In this document: positions 1 to 7,588 of the stretch, piece after piece
How the letters are laid out: the number at the start of each line of letters is the position of its first letter
How positions within the stretch are numbered: the first letter of the stretch is position 1
DNA from: Clostridia bacterium
GTDB lineage: Bacteria > Bacillota > Clostridia > Oscillospirales > CAG-272
Assembly: GCA_017454465.1 (NCBI GenBank)
Contig: JAFTCY010000130.1
Location: forward strand, 1 to 45,904
Length of the DNA: 45,904 bases
Direction: 5' to 3'
The notes under the pieces: generated by a model
Database searches by the model: none
The model's input: only the letters and a program-made list of their open reading frames with translations
Told to the model about the DNA's origin: nothing
Program-made: the position numbers and the translations under genes

Positions 1-107
1 ATATGATTGTTTGCATCCCTGCCTTCGGCCTTTGCAACAGCAAGCATTTTTTTGTACATTTCTTCATCGATCCTCACTGAAAACACAGTCTTATTCTTCT
101 GGGCCAT
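1..107 (-). CDS. Arc/ribbon-helix-helix family small DNA-binding protein (5' part; runs off the window edge)
   Basis: Not in the ORF track. Minus strand reads AGGGGGTG SD then ATG at 107, giving MAQKNKTVFSVRIDEEMYKKMLAVAKAEGRDANNH. This is an alternating beta-strand (VFSVRID), a helix and the 'A..EGR' turn typical of RHH proteins. Confidence 0.75.
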   Translation of the reverse strand, partial: MAQKNKTVFSVRIDEEMYKKMLAVAKAEGRDANNH

Positions 108-137
108 GGATACACCCCCTACTCTGTGACCATGAAA

Positions 138-166
138 ATTATATCACCCGTAAACACCGTTGTCAA
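138..166 (-). promoter_or_regulatory. sigma-A promoter for the RHH gene
   Basis: Minus strand TTGACA-17 nt-TATAAT, a perfect consensus. Confidence 0.8.
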
Positions 167-262
167 TGCAGTGGATACCCAACTCCCGTCTTTCGGTTCT
201 CTAGTACCAGATTTTTTCGGCTGGTGAAGAAAAGCATATGAGAAAAAAAGAGCAAAAATGAG

Positions 263-295
263 AAAAACGTCGAAAAAAGACGTTTTTTCTTTTTG
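263..295 (+). terminator. hairpin plus U-tract inside the IS left end, upstream of the transposase promoter
   Basis: AAAAACGTC-GAAAAAA-GACGTTTTT followed by a T-rich run; may block read-through into the transposase. Confidence 0.4.
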
Positions 296-303
296 CAAAG
301 GTA

Positions 304-332
304 TTGACAAAAATATTTTTGTGTGGTATACT
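304..332 (+). promoter_or_regulatory. sigma-A promoter of the transposase
   Basis: TTGACA (304-309), 17 nt, TATACT (327-332), with a TGn extended -10. Confidence 0.75.
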
Positions 333-366
333 TATGGTACTATCTGGTACTAGTTATGGAGGGGTT

Positions 367-2094
367 ATGGCACAGTATCTGCGGATCTCAAAACAGTCGA
401 AAAGTGATGAAAAAGGCCGGTATCTTCAAATCTATGAAAACAATCATGTTCAGGGTAAGGGAACAAAAAGCAAGCTTGTCAAAACACTCGGCTATGAGAA
501 AGATATCATAGCGTCCGGTATCGAAGACCCTGTGGCTCACTATCGCAAATTGTGCAAGAAGCAGAATGAAAAAGACAGGAAAGAGAGAGAGAACAAAAAG
601 CTCGAAAAGATCACAAATGAGTGTACGGAGAAGAATGTCGGGTATTTCCTTATCCGGGCAATGCTGAAGCATCTGGGAGTCGAGGATCATATCAATCTGT
701 ACAACCTGTCTAGGAACTGTCAGTTCAATCATTACGATATGATAGAAGCTCTTGTGTGCTCCAGGATACTTTCTCCGGGGCCGGTGATAAAAGCGGCTGA
801 AGAGATCATTCCGTCACTGTACGGAAAATACAAGTTATCCAGGGACCAGATCTATGACGAGTATCCGTTCATAGGGGAAGAGTACGAGAGCATAATACAG
901 ATATTCAACCACGCGATAAAAGAGAAGTACGGCAGGAAAACATCAAAGGCATATTTTGACTGCACGAATTTCTATTTCGAGATAGATTACGAAGCCGATG
1001 ACAAAATGAAAGGCAAGTCAAAGGAAAACAGGCATGACCCGATAATCAATATAGCACTTATGCTCGATGAAGACCAGATCCCGATCGGCATGAAAATGTA
1101 CCCCGGAAACAAAAGCGAAAAGCCCGAAATGCGAAAGATGATGAAAGATCTCAAAAGTAAGGGAGATATCGCGGGAAAAACGATATATGTTGCAGACAAG
1201 GGACTGAACTGTGCTCCCAACATCGTACAGATACTTCTGGACAAAGACGGATACATTTTCTCAAAATCTGTAAAGCAGACCCCGGAAGATGATCTGAAAG
1301 ACATGATGGATGATTCGGCACCATTTACTGAAGTACGTGATGAAAACGGGAACATCCTCTACAAATACAAGGAATTTGAAGGTGATTACGAATATGAAGT
1401 CACAACCGAGGAAGGAAAAAAGAAAAAGGTGTGGCTCCCTGAAAAAAGGATACTCACGTACAATCCGAGTCTTGCAACAAAACAAATAGCTGAGATAACC
1501 AGGCTTGTTGAAAAAGCAGCAGTCCTGTCGGGTTATCAGGCAAAGAAAAACGAATACGGTGAAGCGTCAAAGTATGTAACCTTCAGATCCGTAAACACAA
1601 AGAGCGGTGAGATCCCTGATGACGTTTCCGTCATTGCCACTTTGAACCAGGAAAACATAACCAGGGACAAGAGACTTGCCGGATACAATATGCTCATTAC
1701 ATCGGAAATGAAAATGAGTGCACAAAATGTTTATTCCGTTTACCACAACCTCTGGAGAATAGAAGAATCCTTCAGATACATGAATACTTTCCTTCAGTCA
1801 CGGCCGGTGTATGTCAGCAGCAGAGAAAGCATATACGGGCACTTCCTTATCTGCTACCTTTCTCTTTTGATCATGAAACTTATCGAAATCAAGGAATTCA
1901 AAAACACGATCAGTGACGCCCGGATCACCGAGTTTATCCGCAAATTCAGAGTTGTTCTCGACAAAAAAAGCATTATCAACTGTGCGACGCTCAATGTCGT
2001 CAAACCAATCGATAATGCTCTCTCTTCCCTGAATCTGACCAGAAAGTATTTTGATGAGAAATCGGTCAATAACTTGCTCGGTTTTAAGTTTTAG
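367..2094 (+). CDS. IS1634-family DDE transposase (575 aa)
   Basis: GGAGGGG SD before ATG 367. DDE motifs YFDCTNFYF, YVADKGL and YHNLWRIEESFR; GKSKENRHDP; C-terminal RPVY...GHFLICYLSL. Confidence 0.92.
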   Translation: MAQYLRISKQSKSDEKGRYLQIYENNHVQGKGTKSKLVKTLGYEKDIIASGIEDPVAHYRKLCKKQNEKDRKERENKKLEKITNECTEKNVGYFLIRAMLKHLGVEDHINLYNLSRNCQFNHYDMIEALVCSRILSPGPVIKAAEEIIPSLYGKYKLSRDQIYDEYPFIGEEYESIIQIFNHAIKEKYGRKTSKAYFDCTNFYFEIDYEADDKMKGKSKENRHDPIINIALMLDEDQIPIGMKMYPGNKSEKPEMRKMMKDLKSKGDIAGKTIYVADKGLNCAPNIVQILLDKDGYIFSKSVKQTPEDDLKDMMDDSAPFTEVRDENGNILYKYKEFEGDYEYEVTTEEGKKKKVWLPEKRILTYNPSLATKQIAEITRLVEKAAVLSGYQAKKNEYGEASKYVTFRSVNTKSGEIPDDVSVIATLNQENITRDKRLAGYNMLITSEMKMSAQNVYSVYHNLWRIEESFRYMNTFLQSRPVYVSSRESIYGHFLICYLSLLIMKLIEIKEFKNTISDARITEFIRKFRVVLDKKSIINCATLNVVKPIDNALSSLNLTRKYFDEKSVNNLLGFKF

Positions 2095-2128
2095 TACCAG
2101 ATTTTTGCTCCGCCAGCCGAAAGCCAGG

Positions 2129-2404
2129 GCTTATATATCCAAACCAGCGCAGGTAAGTCTCCTTGTCGATGCCGAACTCCCCGGGATAGTTTCCGGCAGA
2201 GGCAGCACCGAGGTTCACACCGTTCAGAAACGTCTCCTCGGGTGTGCCGTCAGCGCGGGTCAGGCAGAACCTGTCACCGACGACTGCCGCCGGCATGGCC
2301 CGCTGGGCCTCTGTCCCTGTCCTGTCCGCACCGCATCCGGCCGCTGAAACGCAGCAGATGATCAGAAGTAACGCGGCGAGACGCCATAACGTCTTTTGCT
2401 TCAT
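2129..2404 (-). pseudogene. 5' fragment of a lipoprotein with a putative glycoside-hydrolase-like domain, truncated by the IS
   Basis: GAAGGAG SD, ATG 2404, signal peptide with lipobox (AAGC), then FLNGVNLGAASAGNYPGEFGIDKETYLRWFGYI. The frame runs into the IS end and stops at 2084. Confidence 0.7.
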
Positions 2405-2504
2405 CTTTTCTCCTTCCGGCAAACACGAGATGTATTCCGTCCGTTTTTGAGGAGCCTCCCGGCAGCCACGATCCGCGAGACCATCCCTCATGCCTGCATG
2501 CTAG

Positions 2505-3224
2505 TCATTTGTTCTTAAGAATCAGCATTGCGGTTTCCCTTTGCTGCTCCCCGGCGGTCACAGACGCTTCTCCATCACCTGACTGCTTTCCGTAGTTGCC
2601 GAACTGCGCATGGTTGCCGCCCCTGATCACATACGTCAGGGCATTCTCCGGCATGTACCGGCCGCTTTCGGACAGTTTCTTCATGTTCAGCACACCGTCT
2701 GCCGAACCGTAGATCGAGATCACCTTCAGACTGTCATCCAGCTGCTTCGCGGGATAAGCAGCGAGCAGGATCACTCCGGCCAGCTGCCCGCTGTGTTCCG
2801 CCGCATAGCCGGCTGCCATGACTCCGCCCAGTGAATGCCCGCCTATATGCCAGGTATCATAATCATACCGCGTGATCAGGTCAGCCGCCCTGTCCGCCCC
2901 GAAAAAGGCAAGGCGGAAAGGCATTCTGACAAGGAGAACGTCCATGCTTTCAGCGGCGATCAGACGCATCAACGGTGCGTAGGCAGTCTCCTCCACCTTT
3001 GCCCCAGGGTAGAAAATCAAAGCGTCGCTCTCCGAAGGTCCGTCGAACATCCAGCCGTAGTCCGTCTGCGTGACTGTCACAGACCCGTCCGATATCAGCG
3101 AGGAAAGCGCTTCAGCATCAGCATGATAATATTGTCCTGTATAAATCAGGAATACCCCGGCAAGTACCGCGATCACCAGCAAAGGAACGATCCATATCAG
3201 TTTTCTGCGTCTTGATTTTTCCAT
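2505..3224 (-). CDS. membrane-anchored alpha/beta hydrolase (Abhydrolase_5-like)
   Basis: N-terminal TM helix, IFYPGAKVE, nucleophile GHSLGG, GSADGV and GGNHAQFG. Start reassigned to the MEKSRRRK ATG at 3224. Confidence 0.85.
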   Translation of the reverse strand: MEKSRRRKLIWIVPLLVIAVLAGVFLIYTGQYYHADAEALSSLISDGSVTVTQTDYGWMFDGPSESDALIFYPGAKVEETAYAPLMRLIAAESMDVLLVRMPFRLAFFGADRAADLITRYDYDTWHIGGHSLGGVMAAGYAAEHSGQLAGVILLAAYPAKQLDDSLKVISIYGSADGVLNMKKLSESGRYMPENALTYVIRGGNHAQFGNYGKQSGDGEASVTAGEQQRETAMLILKNK

Positions 3225-3559
3225 ATCTCGTAAACCTGTCTGTAACCATTCACGAAGGAACCGTTCCTTCTCATGTATCCGGGGAAACTGCTGCGTTATG
3301 CCATGTTCCGCCTGCCCGCAAAAGGGATCGCATAACCGGGAAAGCGTCCCGCGGACGGATCGGAACAGGTCAGAACTGATTATATCATACACAGAAAAAA
3401 ACAGTCTACTGTTTTTGACAAATCAGCGCGGCTTTTTCTTTTTTCGTAAAGAAAAAGCTTGTATGGCCAAATCGTCGATAATGTAGTAAAATAGCAGACA
3501 GCGACAAACAGAAAAGGAGAATAAGACGCCGCATCATCAGGCGCCTTGGAAATGATCAT

Positions 3560-4996
3560 ATGAACAGTCGGGCAAACCCTGCCGGGCAAAAGAGCAAACA
3601 GGAATACCGGCCGGCCTGCAGTATGAGTGCAGCGAAGAAGACATACATCAAACGGATCGGATGCTGCCTGGCGGTACTGGCCATCATATTCTGTTCAGTT
3701 GTAAGCGTAAGTTCCGAAGAGCCATCTGACTGGGCAAAAGATGAAGTGGCGTCCGCGGTCAGCGCCGGGCTCGTCCCGGCGCAGCTGCAGCAAAACTATG
3801 ATTCTCCGGTCACCAGAGGACAGGTGGCGGGAATGTTTGTGAACCTGCTCGAAAAAGCTTCAGGCAAACCTGCCAGCACAATAATGGCTGAAAAGGGCGT
3901 GACGGTCAATGAGAACACTTTCCGCGATACGGCGGACGCATCCGTTCTCGTGGCAAACGCGCTCGGCATCATCAACGGCACCGGAAACGGAATGTTCTCT
4001 CCCGACGGGACGCTGAAAAGGGCCCAGATTGCCGCGATCATAAACAGAACAGCCGGCGTTATGGGGATAAGCACCGGCGGATTCAGCCACGGATTCACCG
4101 ATATAACCGGCAGCTACGCTTGGGCGGATTCCGAGCTTGGGTGGCCGGTGGCAAACGGAATAGTCAAGGGCGTCGGCGAAAACAGATTCAACCCCGGCGG
4201 CGACCTGACCACCGAGCAGGCAATACTCATCACCTACAGAGCCTACATCGCCCTGCGCGATCCTGTTGAAGGAAGCGATCTTTCTGACGGCGGGGCAGAC
4301 AGGTGCGCGGAACACATCTATGCCGCTCACCCGGAACTCACACCCGTGAATTATGACTCTCCATCCCTTCTGCACATCAGTGAAGACATGGGTCAGGAAT
4401 ATATAGACAAGCTGACTTTCATATGCGATTCCACGACATATTTCCTTAAGGCTTCCGGGAAGCTGAGCGGAGGATACTCGACTACGCAGATATGGACAGG
4501 TCCGGAGCGCACCCTGACCCTGGCATATCTAAGGGGATACGGCATAGTCGATCCCTTCGACGGCCAGATACGCACCATTCCCGAGTGCCTGGCGCTTCAC
4601 AAGCCCGAAGTGGTGGTCATAGCGCTCGGAATGAACGGTGTCGCATTCATGGATGAGGAATATTTCAACACAGAATATGAGAATCTTATAGGCTGGATAC
4701 AGGAAAACAGCCCCGACTCCGTTATAATGCTGCAGTCCATCTTTCCCATAACACCGGACTATATACACTGGGGGCAGATCACCAACGTATCGATCACCCG
4801 AGCCAACAGCTGGATCCTCAAGATCGCGGAAAAGCACGGTTTCAAATACATTGACATACATTCAGCCCTTCTGGGTGAGGACGGGAACTGCAAGGCGGAA
4901 CTGATCAGACCTGACGGCCTTCATCCCAACGGCGACGGACTAGATGTGATACTTGAATATCTGCGTACCCACGGAAACAGGGACATCATGCAGTGA
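3560..4996 (+). CDS. SLH-domain protein fused to an SGNH/GDSL hydrolase
   Basis: Signal peptide; three SLH-like repeats (SDWAKDEV..A..AGL, GIINGTGNGMFSPDGTLKRAQ, GIVKGVGENRFNPGGDLTTEQ); SGNH blocks FICDS, LGMNG and DGLHPN. The true start may be ATG 3623. Confidence 0.8.
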   Translation: MNSRANPAGQKSKQEYRPACSMSAAKKTYIKRIGCCLAVLAIIFCSVVSVSSEEPSDWAKDEVASAVSAGLVPAQLQQNYDSPVTRGQVAGMFVNLLEKASGKPASTIMAEKGVTVNENTFRDTADASVLVANALGIINGTGNGMFSPDGTLKRAQIAAIINRTAGVMGISTGGFSHGFTDITGSYAWADSELGWPVANGIVKGVGENRFNPGGDLTTEQAILITYRAYIALRDPVEGSDLSDGGADRCAEHIYAAHPELTPVNYDSPSLLHISEDMGQEYIDKLTFICDSTTYFLKASGKLSGGYSTTQIWTGPERTLTLAYLRGYGIVDPFDGQIRTIPECLALHKPEVVVIALGMNGVAFMDEEYFNTEYENLIGWIQENSPDSVIMLQSIFPITPDYIHWGQITNVSITRANSWILKIAEKHGFKYIDIHSALLGEDGNCKAELIRPDGLHPNGDGLDVILEYLRTHGNRDIMQ

Positions 4997-5030
4997 TCCC
5001 GCGGCGGTAATACACGACCCGATATGCGAA

Positions 5031-5070
5031 AAAACAGACCCCAAAGCATAGCTCTTAAGGGGTCTGTTTC
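5031..5070. terminator. bidirectional intrinsic terminator between convergent genes
   Basis: Stem AAACAGACCCC / GGGGTCTGTTT, with an A-tract on the left and T-rich sequence on the right. Confidence 0.7.
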
Positions 5071-5098
5071 ATATTTCGGATACCACGCTCTCAGACGG

Positions 5099-6697
5099 TC
5101 ACAGCCCGGAAAAAGTCCGGGCTCCTTTTGTCATGACCAGCCGGTAAAACATGAATGACAGTCCAAAGTTCACCGCCGCGAAGATCCCGATGTACAGCGG
5201 AGCGGGGAACGCAGGAACAAGGAGCCTGAAAGCTGAAAACACTCCCATTATGACGACCGGGTACAGCATACCGGCAATAACACATACAGTCACCGGCATG
5301 CTCTGTTTTATGGGGTAGATCTCGCTGGTCCATTTCAGGTTGGGGTTCACCAGCCCCAGGAAAAGACCAAGTGTGGAAATGAGAGCGACCGCGGACAGCG
5401 GCAGCACGAAAATCGAGACGATGTCAGCGGCATCAAGTCCCGGAACCGAAAATGCGGCGCACGCGCTGCAGAACAGGGCGGGAGCCCCGGCAAAAAGGCC
5501 GTGGCATGCGAGCTTGGCGGAAAGCACCTTAGACGCCGGGACCGGCAGGGACTGAAGGATCCATACCGTTTTGCCCTCGAGCGCCACAGACGGCGCTGTT
5601 ATGTCGACCATGGAAGCCAGAAGGGATACGGCGCACGCGAGCATCACGGTGAGTGATGTCATCCCCGTGGAAACGAGTGGTCCCAGCGCGGCTGCGATAT
5701 CCCTTCCGGTAATGATGACAGCGACGCCGCCGATCAGCATCAGTATTATCCCCATCCCGCAGTTGAGCATATAGCCGGCGCTGGAGGTGAATTTCCTGAT
5801 CTCACGCACGAGCAGCGCGCCGGATACGGTTCTCGTCCTGCCCGTGTCAGCAGCCCCGCGCAGGTTTTTCTTCGCCCCGGGAGACAGGGTTACGATCTTG
5901 ATGAAAGTCTTTCTGAGAAGGAGCCATACCAGTCCGGAGATGGCGGCCACCGCGAGGACAAAGACGGCGCAGGCCGCCCAGTCTCCGGTGGGAGCAGCAC
6001 CGAAGAAACGCAGGAAAGAGATTCTTTCCCCGACTTTTTCTCCATCCGCGACCAGCCCTGAGATCACGTTTCTGGCGTTGAAGCTTAGAAAATAATACAG
6101 TCCGATCAGCACCACCGCGATTATCACGGTGAGTACGCTCCTGTTCTTCAGCCTGACCATCAGCTTCGCAACAACAAAACCGAGGAGGCAGGATATGTCA
6201 AGAACGAGCAAGCTGATCCCCGCGGCCCAGAGCAGCCATGTCAGAACGACGGAAATGCTGAACCTGACGCCTATGCAGTAGGCGAAGACCGAGGGCAGGA
6301 AGATAATGCCCGAATAGACCAGCCCCATCAGATAGACCCCGGCGATCCTTGACACTATGATGCTGCCTACTGGTATCGGCAGAGACAGCAAAAGGTCGTT
6401 ATCCTTCGCCAGGTAAAGACTTGAGGCTGTGCTGAACACGCTTCCCATTGCGCCGAACAGGACCGACACCAGGCCTATGATGAGAAAATACAGCCAGTCC
6501 ATCCCGCCGAAGGCCAGCCCAAGCAGCGCGACGGAAAGCGTCACACCTATATTGACCAGCAGAAATCCCATCAGTACGGCATACAGAACGATCCTTGCCG
6601 CGATCTGCCCCCCGGAACGCATCGCGTTCCTTTTCGGGTCGAAGAAAAACGACCTGAATATCTCCCTGAACTGTTTTTTGAGAAGGGTCCTAGTCAT
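5099..6697 (-). CDS. ABC-2 type transporter permease
   Basis: Many hydrophobic segments; LYLAKDNDLLLSLPIP and SVALEGKTVWILQSLPV motifs; GGAGG SD before ATG 6697; overlaps the ATPase stop. Confidence 0.85.
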   Translation of the reverse strand: MTRTLLKKQFREIFRSFFFDPKRNAMRSGGQIAARIVLYAVLMGFLLVNIGVTLSVALLGLAFGGMDWLYFLIIGLVSVLFGAMGSVFSTASSLYLAKDNDLLLSLPIPVGSIIVSRIAGVYLMGLVYSGIIFLPSVFAYCIGVRFSISVVLTWLLWAAGISLLVLDISCLLGFVVAKLMVRLKNRSVLTVIIAVVLIGLYYFLSFNARNVISGLVADGEKVGERISFLRFFGAAPTGDWAACAVFVLAVAAISGLVWLLLRKTFIKIVTLSPGAKKNLRGAADTGRTRTVSGALLVREIRKFTSSAGYMLNCGMGIILMLIGGVAVIITGRDIAAALGPLVSTGMTSLTVMLACAVSLLASMVDITAPSVALEGKTVWILQSLPVPASKVLSAKLACHGLFAGAPALFCSACAAFSVPGLDAADIVSIFVLPLSAVALISTLGLFLGLVNPNLKWTSEIYPIKQSMPVTVCVIAGMLYPVVIMGVFSAFRLLVPAFPAPLYIGIFAAVNFGLSFMFYRLVMTKGARTFSGL

Positions 6698-7403
6698 TTT
6701 TTGCCTCCAGCTCCAGAAAAACGTCTTCCAGGCTGTCATCGCCTTTGACCTCATCCATGGTCCCTGAGCGGATCAGTTTTCCCTGCCTGATGATGGCTAC
6801 CTTGTCGCAAAGCTTTTCAGCCACTTCCAGCACATGGGTCGAAAAGAAGATCGATCCTCCTCTGTCGCAGAACTCCCTCATCATCTCCTTCAGCGTATGG
6901 GAAGCCACCGGGTCCAGGCCCACAAAGGGCTCATCCATAAGTATCAGTCCGGGCTCATGGATCCACGCCGAAATGATCGCCAGCTTCTGCTTCATTCCGT
7001 GGGAATAAGCCGACACCGGCTGCCCGAGATCCTTCGTAAGCCCGAACATTTCAGAGTACCTGCCGATCCTTTCAGTTCTCTCCTCTTTCCCGAGTCCGAA
7101 AATGTCAGCCACGAAGCCGAGATACTGGGCACCGGACATAAAATCATACAGATCCGGATTATCGGGAATGTAGGCCATTTTCCTTTTGCACCCTATCGGA
7201 TCCTTCGTTATGTCCGTTCCGTCCACAAGGATACTGCCCGAGTCAAAAGACTGGATGCCGGCAACAGACCTCAGAGTCGTCGTCTTGCCTGCCCCGTTGT
7301 GGCCTATGAAGCCGTACACCTCTCCCCTCGCTATGTGCAGGGTAAGGCTGTCCACTGCGGCGTGGTCTCCGTATCTTTTCGTAAGTTCCGTGATCCTGAG
7401 CAT
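6690..7403 (-). CDS. ABC transporter ATP-binding protein
   Basis: Walker A GHNGAGKTT, signature YSHGMKQK, Walker B LILMDEP and H-loop STH; GGAGAG SD before ATG 7403. Confidence 0.93.
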   Translation of the reverse strand: MLRITELTKRYGDHAAVDSLTLHIARGEVYGFIGHNGAGKTTTLRSVAGIQSFDSGSILVDGTDITKDPIGCKRKMAYIPDNPDLYDFMSGAQYLGFVADIFGLGKEERTERIGRYSEMFGLTKDLGQPVSAYSHGMKQKLAIISAWIHEPGLILMDEPFVGLDPVASHTLKEMMREFCDRGGSIFFSTHVLEVAEKLCDKVAIIRQGKLIRSGTMDEVKGDDSLEDVFLELEAKND

Positions 7404-7495
7404 GATTTCTCTCCAAATAATCAAAATAATCAAATATTCCGCCATATTATACCATATTGCCTGAGAAATATCTCCTTTTTTCATTGCATGTCATC

Positions 7496-7524
7496 TTGAA
7501 GTGGAGCCGGAATTGGAATATAAT
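7496..7524 (+). promoter_or_regulatory. putative sigma-A promoter of the LuxR regulator (divergent from the ABC genes)
   Basis: TTGAAG-17 nt-TATAAT. An opposite-strand TGGTATAAT extended -10 lies at ~7446-7454. Confidence 0.55.
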
Positions 7525-7588
7525 CATTTGTGCATATAATTAATATTGTAGGGGAAACGGAACAGGACCAGCATCCAGGGAGGAACCC

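Larger units (their letters stand above)
185..2128 (+). mobile_element. IS1634-family insertion sequence
   Basis: Contains the transposase. Imperfect terminal IRs: CCCGTCTTTCGG (185-196) versus the reverse complement of 2117-2128, CCTGGCTTTCGG (10/12). A second IR-like pair lies at ~214-233 and ~2103-2122. Visibly more AT-rich than the flanks. No target duplication seen; exact ends are approximate. Confidence 0.75.

Noticed and set aside
202-216. 15-bp direct repeat (202-216 and 2092-2106) as a target-site duplication
   Set aside because: The right copy includes the transposase stop codon and lies inside the terminal IR, so both copies are internal motifs.
304-366. Upstream-extended starts from the ORF track (transposase 304, hydrolase 3392, ABC 7484 and 6754, DUF2442 10198, rpoB 34355, rpsG 43003)
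   Set aside because: The extensions overlap promoters, SDs or neighbouring genes, and downstream starts fit the SD position or the expected N-termini better.
3565-3620. GGCAAACC...GCAAAA segment resembling a c-di-GMP-I riboswitch
   Set aside because: It lacks the GAAA-capped P2 and the GACGCAAAGC/P3 architecture, and it overlaps the probable coding start.
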